Origin: Lama guanicoe
Taxonomy: Eukaryota
Length of the DNA stretch: 64,000 bases
Direction of reading: 5' to 3'
NCBI GenBank assembly: GCA_013239625.1
Contig: MU054391.1
Span: 4,609,824 to 4,673,823, forward strand
Part shown: positions 25,661 to 35,620 of the stretch, piece by piece
How the letters are laid out: the number at the start of each line of letters is the position of its first letter
How positions within the stretch are numbered: the stretch's first letter is position 1
Notes under the pieces: model-generated
Databases searched by the model: none
What the model saw: the letters and a program-made list of their open reading frames with translations, nothing else
Told to the model about the DNA's origin: nothing
Position numbers and translations under genes: made by a program

Positions 25661-26310
25661 GCTCCATAAATCATCAGATCCCAGACTGAAGACTACAGCC
25701 GTCTTGTGTTATTCGGAGCAAATTCCTTCGAATTATTACATAAGAGTTGACTCTGGTGCTCAGTTTATCTGCAAGAGGCACTTATTTACCAGAACTCACA
25801 AGCAGAAGGTCCACGATGCAAAAGATGAAATAAAGGCAGCTGAGCATTCCAGGCCCCCAGAAGGGACTCTTCCTACATGCTGGACAGTAAGTCTGTCCGC
25901 CCAGCCTGGCATGGCAGCGGAGATTTTCTTGAGCATTTTAGCAGATGTTATGTCTTGGTCCTCATAACCACAGTGTAAGAGAGAAGGGCTGCCGTGACTC
26001 AGTTTGCAGGCAGACAAGACAAGCGTTGACTTGATAATCACCCAAGGTCACCCGGACGTGGTCAGGGTCGGAAGCCACGTAACTCAGTTCGTCTGTTGAT
26101 TTCATTTAATAAACCCTGAAAGCCAGGGTTTACTCCTGGGTTTCAGTCTCTCAGTTCTAAAGTTCCCAACTTTAAAAACGCCAGTGAATGAGTGGTGAGC
26201 TAATTAAAGTAACCCTGTTCTATGAAACCACCCTTTTTGGAAAGGCGGGTCTTCAGACGCTGGGATCCTGGCCCTGCATCCAGCTGGTCCCACTCAGACC
26301 AGGGGTCCCA

Positions 26311-26635
26311 AGGGTGAGCTCTGTATCCCCCCAAATCCACACTGAAGCCCAGCCCCCCAAATGACGGTCTTAGGAGGTGGGGCCTTTTGGGCTGTTTGGG
26401 GTCATGAGGGCACAGCTCTCACCAGTGGGATTAGCGCCCCTACAGGGAGGCCCCGCAGAGCTCTCTCCTTCTTACCACCAGGAGAAGACACAGCGTGAAG
26501 ACGGCCACCTGTCACACAGGGAGCAACCCAGACACCGAATCTGTGGGAGCCTTGATCTTGGACTTCCCGCCTCAGAACTGTGAGAAATGAGCGTTGTTTA
26601 AGCCATGGGGCATTTTGCGATGGCGGCCCTGAGCC
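26311..26635 (+). mobile_element. MLT1A-like MaLR solo LTR
   Basis: tgtatccccccaaatcca...ggaggtggggcctttt...gtcatgagggc...gggattagcgcccc...gccttgatcttggacttcccgcctcagaactgtgagaaatga..gttgtttaagcca. Confidence 0.9.
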
Positions 26636-27377
26636 CTGAGGCAGGAGGCTCCCATCTTTGGCTGCCATCCCTGGAGCCTCTTTCTTCCTCGGAAACACGT
26701 GCAGCGGCCCGCCTTCCTCTGAGCGCAACACCTCTGCACACTTGCATCCAACAATCCCTTAAAGTCCCTCCACCCTGTGATCGTGTGAACATCGTGTGAG
26801 GTATTAGCTGACTGCCGCGTGGCCAACACCAAGAGGAGCACACCAGGAGGCGAGACAGGTGACCCAGTCCCCTTCCTGCCTCCATCCCCCCACGGCCACT
26901 CAGAGCCGTCAACGCCAAAGAAAACCTCTTCTGTCCTGTTGACAGGATTTTCTCAAGACTTAACAGTGGTTCCCCGCTTGTTAGCCAGACTTTCCCCGTC
27001 TTGTCCCAGGAGGAAAGGTCAGGACCAAGCCTCCGGCGGCTGCTCTGAATAGAACAGCATCTCTCTGAGGCCACATCACATCACAGCACAGCCCGTGACA
27101 CCCACTGGCCACCTGGTGGGCCACGCGGGAGCAGCTGGTGGTCACTCCCCGTCCACCCTCTGATCCCAGCTTGTTACAGATGCCAAGTTCACAGAGCCTC
27201 CTCCCCTGCCCCTCGAAATGCAGCCCTCAGTCCCAGGCGCATTTCGAACTGGAACCACAAACTTAGAAAGAAAGAAAAAAGGAAAGGGAACATCATCGCT
27301 GGTGTCGGTATGTCACACACAAGTTCGAGGGCTGATCATGCACAGGTTCTCTTCAGCAGGCCCGGTGCCTGTCCTCT

Positions 27378-27420
27378 GCACACACACACACACACACGCA
27401 CACGCACACGCACATGCACA
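27378..27420. repeat. Compound microsatellite (CA)n/(CACACG)n
   Basis: gcacacacacacacacacacgcacacgcacacgcacatgcaca. Confidence 0.95.
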
Positions 27421-28084
27421 GAGAACCCAGCCAGGTTAATCCTTGAATCACTGGCTACCACTGGCTTCCTAAGAAGCTTACCAGGGCGAGTCCTGACTTC
27501 AACAATGACCTGCTAATGGGCTTACATTTCTCCCGAGCATCAGAGGCCAGCCTCGGCCCTCTTATCTCCTAATGAAATCAGGAAATTCAGGAGCCAGCCA
27601 GAGAGAGCGCAAAGGCACTGCCAGGGCCAAGGGCGCCGTGGGAGCATCTGCTGAGCTGTAAATAATCATCTTGAAACGATGCTCAAACCTTGACTTTTGC
27701 TTAGAGAAATGAAGTTGCGGCTTTCCTGGTGAAAGAAATTTCTTTCCATTCTGTCTAAAAAAAGGACAATGCGCCCCACAGAGTCGTGATTTTGCCAACG
27801 TTGAAAACCCTCTCCCACTGCAAACTCTATGCGTGTGCATTTTCGGGGCCTGGACTCGAGTTTGGAGAACTTTTTCTCCGGCCCCTTCCGAAGGGTGTTC
27901 ACGGCAGTAAACACCGCAGGGGAGTGCTGGTTTTAGTCACCACACGGTTTTGCCTTGATCTTTAAAAGGCCTGCTTGCTATTTGGTTTCTACATTAATCT
28001 TTTCCTCCAAGTTGCAAAATGACCCTGTATATTTGCTTATTTATTTCTTCCTAACCCTCCCTCGCTCTGGACAAAACGGACTGG

Positions 28085-28570
28085 TCACCCCAGCCACCAC
28101 CTGCTGCGTTTAAAAGTCCTTAATGTAGCCCCCACCTCTTCTGCCATCTCACTGCCTTCCCCCGACTGCCCTGGGCTGTCTGGGCCTCAGTCCCCGCCAG
28201 TCCACTTTCAGCCCCCGCCACACCCTGTCCGGGGTTCTGAGACGGAGCCCCGTCCCCGCCGCTGCCCTGCCCGGGGCGCCTTCCCCGCCCGCACGTCCGG
28301 CGCGCTCCCGCTCAGCCCGCAGACCCCAGCCAGCTGCCACCCCTCCCGGGGAGCTTTCCTCGGCCCCCCGCCGGCTCGCTCCCCTTTTATACCCTTCATA
28401 GCTCTGCACACCCTTCCTTTCAAACCACTAGTCACACCTACACTTATTTCAGGGGTTTATTTCATTAATATCCATCTTCCTCACTGGACAGTATGTTGCA
28501 TGGTCATGAATGTGGATTTTGGGGAGAGTGGTGCTCCAGCACGGGAGCACTAGGCAGGGCGGAGGTCAGA
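28085..28570 (+). mobile_element. L2 LINE 3' region with a CpG/GC-box-rich interior
   Basis: The AT-rich flanks retain L2 3' motifs (aaaagtccttaatgtagcc; catagctctgcacacccttcc...ccatcttcctcactggacagtatg). The interior 28190-28380 is extremely GC/CpG-rich with several CCCCGCC boxes. Confidence 0.5.
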
Positions 28571-29549
28571 TGTGCCGAGGTGCGAGCCATCACTCTGTCA
28601 TGAGTGGAAGATGCAGGGCCGAGTCTAGCAGGGACACAAGGAGTCTCCTGTTAATTTCCCACTATCGTCCTGCTCCAGTCGGGGCACAGACAGAAGTCCT
28701 GTCATGTGATCAGTGTCCTTCAGCCCAGTCACCCCAAAGGGCCTCTTTGTTCCATGGTTCACCTCCCTCAGGAGAAGTGTCTGCCTCAGACAAGGCCAGG
28801 TTGAATCAGACTTGGTCGTAGGAAAAGGACAGGCCTGCTCTCAGGGCATCATGAAGCCTCCCCCCAAATAAGGAGGGGTGAGCTGAGCCACCACCCCAAA
28901 ATTTATGCAAATGCTTCCCAGCATTGAGCTACAAGAGACACAGAACATAACACACCCCGCCCCACCCACAACTTTCTCCCACGCATTCAGTGGTACCTCC
29001 ACCTAACAGGATCCACTGATGGAAACACTCCCCTTCTCGATGGAGAAGTCAAGTCCGCCCCATGGCAACGCCACGCCTGCATGATTCCAGCATCAGAGTC
29101 CCGTATCCCCAGATAACGTTCCTCCCCCTTGATTTCCAGCACGAGGCGATCCGCGAGCTAAACAGCAAATGTGACCACATGGGCACACTGTGAACGCAAG
29201 GGCGCAGAAGAGGAAGAAGAAAGAGAACGAATGCTTCCCCCGCAGTTGGGCAGCTGGAGAGGGGCGCGGGGACAGAGGGAATCCAGAAGCGGACCAGACT
29301 GGAGTTGGGGCATCAGTCTAGAGACAGGGGCTCAGGGTGAGGGAAAGGTGCACTGCTCGGCCCACCTGCAGCCTGAAGGTCTAGGCTTGGCTGGGCTCAG
29401 GGAGTGCGCCTTCCACTCGCAGCTCTGATGCCTCGTTACAGGAGGGGCTACCTGGCAAACATCTGAAATACCAGTCAACCCTCCTGTCCGCCATGACCCT
29501 CACTCCGACCTTCCAGTCACCCCTCTCCACACTCCACCCCGACACCTGT

Positions 29550-29655
29550 GTGTTCCGGGCCAGACTTTCACGTGCAGATGAATCATCTGGGGATGTTCTG
29601 GGTATTCGTTTGCATGAAGGTTTGGGTTCAGTGGGTCTGAGATTCTGCATTTGCT
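29550..29655. mobile_element. MER5-like DNA transposon relic
   Basis: gaatcatctggggatgtt...gggtctgagattctgcattt. Confidence 0.55.
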
Positions 29656-30498
29656 GTTTTCTTCCAAACCATGCTATTATCCCATAGAAAAATTTTTCCT
29701 AAAAAGAAAGCAGCACACACTCAGGAGAGAATTTACACTGTCTCTTAAGGATAAAGCACATTGCAGTTCGGGTCTGCATTAAAACATTTTTTTCCCTTCT
29801 GTTCAACACATGGGTTGGACTGAGAAACAGAGAACCACTTATTCTACTAATTTCTAGTAAATGACCTCGAACCATCTTTCAACTCTATCTGTTTTCTCAT
29901 CTATAAATCCTCGCATGTATCTGGGACATTTCAAAAAGCTACCAAGGTACCATACCTAATACATGCCTGGCAGGCCACTGCCTTTCCTCCCCACGCTGGA
30001 GCACCATTTCCCCAAAATCCACTTCCACGATCATTCAACATCAGCCCCTTGAAGCAAAAGTGGAACAGCAATCCCGTTGCATTTAGCAGGGAAAGTACAA
30101 CATATTCTAGGCTATTCATCAGTTTGGATGGTCCAGGCCACCCCATCTCTCAGCCGCAAGGATAATTGAAAGTTGACTGTACCACTAAATTAACATCAAC
30201 TGTAAGTCTCCACTTTAATTAAACCTGCACTACATCACTCTTCAGTGCCAAGGAGGGAATTCCTTAAAGACCAATGAGTCAGTACGTCTGAGCCAGGATT
30301 CGCCTTTTGTGCCAATGAAACCAGCCCACGGGGGAGTCACGGTAACGGCCCTTTGCAAAAAGGAGGCATCTGATTTTTACTCTCAAAGTCCAGGACCAAA
30401 ACTCAAAAAGCATCTGAAGAGAAATGCACCACTTGATTGGCCTCCAAACACATTTGTAGAGACACAGGCCCTTCTGTTTCTGTATTTTTCCCCTTCAG

Positions 30499-30797
30499 AT
30501 TTGTCACGTCAAGAAACGAGGAGAAGAGAACCGTCCCACTAACACACGCCGGCGCGGTGACGGCGTTACCCGTCATGACAACGACGAGAAGGCTCACAAG
30601 GTAGCCGGCACTCTCTTCGGTCCTGAGGCGCCCTCCATCACTGCGGGCTTCTGGGAGCGGCATCCGCACCACTGGAGAGTGACAAGCGAGGTGGTGGGTG
30701 GAGAAAAGTCTGGTCCGTGTACATCCAAACAGAGATGGACATGTCTACTGCGCCAAGTGCTTCTGGACTCCACCCTGGCATGATTTTCCGCTGGAAG
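30499..30797 (+). other. Candidate orphan exon (probably non-coding)
   Basis: Acceptor ttctgtttctgtatttttccccttcag| at 30498/30499 and consensus donor AAG|GTGAGT at 30797/30798. The interior is CpG-rich and not a recognisable repeat. Confidence 0.3.
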
Positions 30798-31269
30798 GTG
30801 AGTTTCTTTTCATTTTTTCCCTTTGGAACAAACAAAACCAGAACGTGAGAATGTATGCAGTTGAGCCCCTTTATAAGAATCCCAGCACCCCAAAAATGCA
30901 CCTTTGGAGGAGAAAGTCAAGCGAATGGGGAAAAAGGAAGAGTAATCACAGGGTGTGAAACTGACCCTCTCTACCCCCAGGATCTGAATCCAACCAGAAG
31001 AGCAAGCACAGTCAGACCAGGATTTCAATCTTAGGACCTATTTTGCAAAATGAATGAAATCATGTGTCTCAGTAGCCAGGCTTCCCAGGAGTCGAGCTGC
31101 AGAGAGAGTTCAGCAGGAACGTGGATGGAAGGGCTCCTGTCTGTCCACTTGCTCCTTGGCTATCAGGCTACTGGCTTTTCCTCCTGTTGACTGTGTCCAC
31201 GGAAAAGGTGGCATCTCATCTTTGGAGACTGAGTTTCAAAGGGGCTTTTACGTACATGCAGGTCTCATT

Positions 31270-31425
31270 TAATTCTAGCCACACAGCACGTGTTGGGCTG
31301 GGTGGTGATTGCTGTGGTACTCATCTTACAGCCAAGGATGCTGGGTGTTTGAGGTTACGAGAGGTTACACAGTGTTCATTGTTAAGTCAGAGAAGCCTCC
31401 AATCCAGGTCTTCTAAACCCCAAAC
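31270..31425 (-). mobile_element. MIR SINE
   Basis: ctcatcttacagccaaggatgctggg...gaggttacacag..gttaagtcagag..ccaatccaggtcttctaaacccc. Confidence 0.55.
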
Positions 31426-31559
31426 TGCAGGTCTCCTGGTCCCATGCTACAAGGACCTCTCTAACAAGTGACACACAGCAAGGTCCCTTCACACTTTACT
31501 GTATGGTCACGACCTGCAAAGCCAGAGTGCTTGTACAGTTTCCATAAAGGAAAGCAAAT

Positions 31560-32275
31560 GACAAGAGCATCATTACAGTTCCTGCATCATGGATGACAGA
31601 CTCAGAACCAATCAAGCAAATCTTTAAACATTCAAGGAAAGCTCTTTGTCCCTTTACTCACCTTGATGGGGATAAAATACAAAATCGACATAGCTTAATC
31701 TAAATATTATGTTAACATTAAATTGTAAATTATACCTTTCTAAGCAACGGAAAATGATAGTTTAGTGCTGTGCAGTCACAAAAATACTTATCAATAGCTT
31801 CTCAGGGACCCTACTAAAGGAAAATGAAACAAAATAAAACAGAGCTTGGAAACTTGCCTCAAAAATCAAAGCTAGATTAAGATATTTAAGATTTATAAGA
31901 AATGTATTTCTACTCTGACCCATAGGGTTTACCCTAAGTATACAAGGATGGTTCGATATCAGAAAATCTATCAGTGTCATTCACCACATTAACAGATTTA
32001 AGGGGGGAAAAAGTCATAAATTAGCTCAATGGATGTAGAAACATTATCAAATAAAATTTGAAATTCCTTTCAGATTATGAAAAACACTTCACAGCAATAT
32101 ACAAGAATTTCCTTAACTACATAAATGGTATTTAGCCTGACTTTCAGCAAGTATCAATATCATACTAAACAGTGCAAACTGAGCCTCAGTCCCATTAATG
32201 TCAGTAGGAAGGTGAGAGTCCCCACACCCGCCTCTACTATCCATCACATTAGAGGGGTGGAAAGCAGTGACCCTA
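31560..32275 (+). mobile_element. Ancient L1 ORF2 (RT region) relic, 5' part
   Basis: From 31925 the + strand translates GFTLSIQGWFDIRKSISVIHHINRFK, versus the L1 RT motif GFIPGMQGWFNIRKSINVIHHINR. Confidence 0.9.
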
Positions 32276-32284
32276 GAGCCAATT

Positions 32285-32940
32285 ACCAGGGCATCACATG
32301 TGGCTCTGCTCCGTACCGGCTGAGCCATCTCGGGCAAGTTTAACTGCTCTCTACCTCAGTTGCCTACCAACAAAGACCCCCTCCTTGATCAAACATTAAT
32401 CAGGCTCCTACAAGCCCTCTTCTCAACTTAGCCTTGTCCTTGGGTACGGCCTTGGGCCAGCCTAACCCAGTTGTAGCAAGAATTTTGCTCAGTCAGTTTA
32501 GGGAAACTCTCCCCACCCTTGATACCTAACCAGTCTCTATATCCGATCAAGCTTTCTCCCCTACCGTTGTCTACATTCTTGACCTGCCTTCAGCAAGAAT
32601 CTTGTTAAGTCAATTTCACAAGAATCCTCTGCCCCTTGGTGTATCTTCTTAGTAATTTTCCATCCATAAATGCTTCCTCATTCTGCTCCCCACTTGTTCT
32701 TGCTACATTTGGAGTTGAGTCCAATCTCACACCTATTGTCATAGTCCCAAATTAAGTCTCCGTTACCATTTTAACAAGTGTCAGAATAATTTTTTCTCTA
32801 GCTCTACCAATAAAATAGGAATAATAATATTATTTACTTCATAGAATTGCCATGAGGATGAAAAGACTTAATACATACAAGGTGCTGGAAGAGTATCTAA
32901 CCCATAAAAAACCCAATGTAAATTTGAATGGTTATTACTA
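32285..32940 (+). mobile_element. MIR SINE split by an LTR insertion (halves ~32285-32367 and 32804-32940)
   Basis: 5' half ggctctgctcc...ctcgggcaagtttaactgctctctacctcagtt; 3' half taaaataggaataataata..ttacttcatagaattgccatgaggatgaaaagacttaatacatacaaggtgct. Confidence 0.8.
32368..32803 (+). mobile_element. MER31-like ERV1 solo LTR with ctac TSD
   Basis: acaaagaccccctccttgatcaaacattaatcaggctcct...ttgtagcaagaat...cttagtaattttccatcca...tttaacaagtgtcagaataattttttc matches the recalled MER31 consensus. ctac occurs at 32364-32367 and 32804-32807. Confidence 0.85.
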
Positions 32941-32944
32941 CTAC

Positions 32945-33240
32945 ACAGGTATTTTTGGAAAGAAGGGTAATGAGTGGAAAGCAATAGACAGGTTGTTAGA
33001 AAAAAAAATCCTAGAAAATCTAAAATAAATTATTAGCTATGAAGCCTTTGGAATACAAAAAATCAATTTAAAAATCAATACCAGCAGAAAGCAATACAAT
33101 TTAAGTTTCAAAAGAACATAGTATCTTATTTTTTTAAGCAACAATAAAATGTAAGGTGACTAAAAATAACAAAATATAACAAAATGTTTATAAGACATTT
33201 ACTAGGAATATTATAGAGCACTATTCAAAGACATGATGAC
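32945..33240 (+). mobile_element. Ancient L1 ORF2 relic, 3' continuation
   Basis: A-rich ggaatacaaaaaatcaatttaaaaatcaat...aacaaaatgtttataagacatttactaggaatattatagagcactattcaaagacat resembles the GYKIN.QKS...LTK.V.DLY.ENY..LLKDI region of ORF2. Confidence 0.7.
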
Positions 33241-33624
33241 CAAAGTAAGGAAAGGGAGGGGTCTGGAGGCTGGAAGAGTACAGAGACACTGTTGACATTG
33301 CCACCCGGCTGAGCAGACACAGGATCTACCACTTGCCAGTGGTCAGAGCAAGGACTTACCGAGTCCTAGTTTCCTCCACTGCCCTCAGGTCCCATCTTCA
33401 ACTGAGTGTGTCCTTAGTGCAGAATCCACTTCAAAGTGGAAGCATCGCTAATCCAAGGCAGGAGAGTGAAAGAAGAGATGGGTTTTCTCATGTTCTCCAG
33501 AAGAAATTGTCCTAAATGTCTTATCTTGTATTTTGGAGAAAAAGAAGAGAATCCCAAAGATAAAGCCTGTTTCTAGGACGTCGACAGCAGGCAGGACCAT
33601 CCCAAGGAATTAATGAGCACCATA

Positions 33625-33774
33625 GCGGGGAGGGTGGCGCTCAGTGGTGGAGCGCATGCTCAGCATGCACAAGGTCCTGGGTTCAATCTCCAGTGCCTCT
33701 ATTAAAAAATATTAATAATAATAAAATAAATGAATCTAATTACCTCTTCCCTGAAAAAAATTAAAAAAAAACAG
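33625..33774 (+). mobile_element. Camelid tRNA-derived SINE (Vic-1 type)
   Basis: ggggagggtggcgctcagtggtggagcgcatgctcagcatgcacaaggtcctgggttcaatctccagtgcctc, then an A-rich tail with aatctaattacctc. Decayed TSD at 33613-33624 and 33775-33786. Confidence 0.92.
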
Positions 33775-34929
33775 ACAAGCACTGTAAATTCAAGGTTATT
33801 TTGGGACAATTTTGAAACATTAAAATAGTTTCAGTTATTAGTTTTTTGAAAACTCACCATGAAGCTTTCTCATCAGCTATATAAAATCTGTTATTATTTC
33901 TTGGCCTTTGGAGATTTTATTTAATTTAAATATTGAGCTATGACCCGATTTTCCTAAGTCTGCATTGCTAACCATATGTTTCTGGAGGAGAAGGCTGCTT
34001 TCACTGCCTCCCCCATTTGATGAACTGTTTTGTAACCATGAAAATGTGATTAGTTTATTTCTATTGAATCAAAACACATGATAAAAACTTGATAACTTAC
34101 TCCTGAGAGCTTTGCTTCATTGATGACAGATTAGACAAAAGCATTCAGCATCTTAATCTGGTTTACCATCATAAATATTCAAATCTTACATATTTGTCCC
34201 ACAAAATAGTTGTTTAAGTGGCTTTAATTTATTCTCAATTTTATTGTCTCAATTGTATGATGCAAATCAATTGCTGAAATTGTTTGGTAACCTGCTTCCA
34301 TCCTTTCAACAGTGAAGAGCCTCTCTCTCTCTCTCTTTCTCTCATGAAATTAATTAAAGTGAACATGACGGAGCTTCAGAATCCTATAGCCCGTCCTGCC
34401 AAGTTCAGGGTGAATGCGCACTTCACATCAGTGAAGCATGTTCTGTGCGCATGCAGAGCGAGCGGATGGTGAAGTTCCACCACTATCAATCATTTTTTTC
34501 TTTAACAATGCACCTCTCGGAGTTTTGTTTCCAGAAGCATGACAGGCTAAGCGCTTAGACTAAGTACTCAAAACAGCTAAAAATTATGAATTTTTTTTTA
34601 ATTCTTAAACACATCTTCATGACATAATAAGAAATTCTCAGGCCAAAAGCTAAGGGAAATTTGGAAACAAAGAGGAGCATGAGTGGCAGTGAAATCATTT
34701 TTGCCTTGAGAGCAGATATGATGGACTTTCATTTTCATGGCCTTTATGAGAAAGTCCAGGTCCCCTTCCACAGACCTGGGATCTGGAGGATGCCAGCCCT
34801 TCTGTGAAGGGGTAAGGGAAGAAACACCCATGCGTACGCCCACAGGAGACCACCTGGGCGCTGGGCAGACAGGGCTGGGAGCTAGCAACGCCTTTGGGAA
34901 TCTGTAATGAAAAATAAGCTTTCTACCTG

Positions 34930-35100
34930 ATTAACATTAACAAAAATAAAATTCACTCATTAAAGGTTTTTGGACTTTTCAGATGCTACCAATAAAACCA
35001 AATAGTTATATTAACATCAGGGAAAAAAGTAGATTTAATAGCAAAAACATCAGTTGGGATAAAGAGGGTTAACAACATTATACTAAAAGAAAATTCACTG
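34930..35100 (+). mobile_element. Ancient L1 ORF2 endonuclease-region relic
   Basis: tagttatattaacatcagg..aaagtagatttaatagcaaaaacatcagttgggataaagaggg..cattatactaaaagaaaattcac resembles VAILISDKVDFK.K.I.RDKEGHYIMIKGSIH. Confidence 0.6.
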
Positions 35101-35249
35101 GGGAACTTTTTTGCCCTAATTTTTTTTTTGTTGTTGTTCTGTTTTTGTCTGAAAGGGAGCTATCTGTTACTCTTACTCATGACTTTTCTCCCCAAATCTT
35201 GGATATTCCATGATGTCGTCCAGCATCCCAAAGGCCTAGGCTTTGGAAC

Positions 35250-35620
35250 TCGAAAGCCAGTCTGTATTCCGTGGGAACAGAGTCTGAGGTGCAAAACTGC
35301 TCCCAGAAGGTCCACTGGGAAGTGTTCTCAGGAGACACGTGTCTAAGGAGGAGAGGGAGGGAGGGTGGGGCGGGGGCGGAGGACCTCAGCAAGGCGGCAC
35401 CTGGATCCCAGCCTCCTACAGGGAGCTCTGGGGCGGGAGATGGTCCCTCAGGTCCTTTCCATGCTGGGGCATGGCGGCTGGGCCTTTGTGCCCTGACGAC
35501 AGCCAGTAACTTGAACATGAGCTGTCCTCAGTGTTTCCAGTCTCTGCTGCTGGTTGAATTGACATCCAGCAGCACTCAGATCGCCTTGGTGAGTGGAAGT
35601 CCTCCAGACAGACCCACGTG
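35250..35620 (-). mobile_element. LTR16-family 3' LTR of ERV-L provirus
   Basis: 35278-35351 aligns without gaps to 39716-39789 (53/74 identical, shared 15-mer actgggaagtgttct). Also carries antisense LTR16 motifs (gggagctctggggcgggagatggtccctcag). Confidence 0.8.

Noticed and set aside
33627..33700. tRNA gene (A/B boxes), likewise at 19030-19102 and 51681-51756
   Set aside because: These are SINE heads followed by A-rich tails and TSDs, and they diverge from one another. They are not functional tRNA genes.
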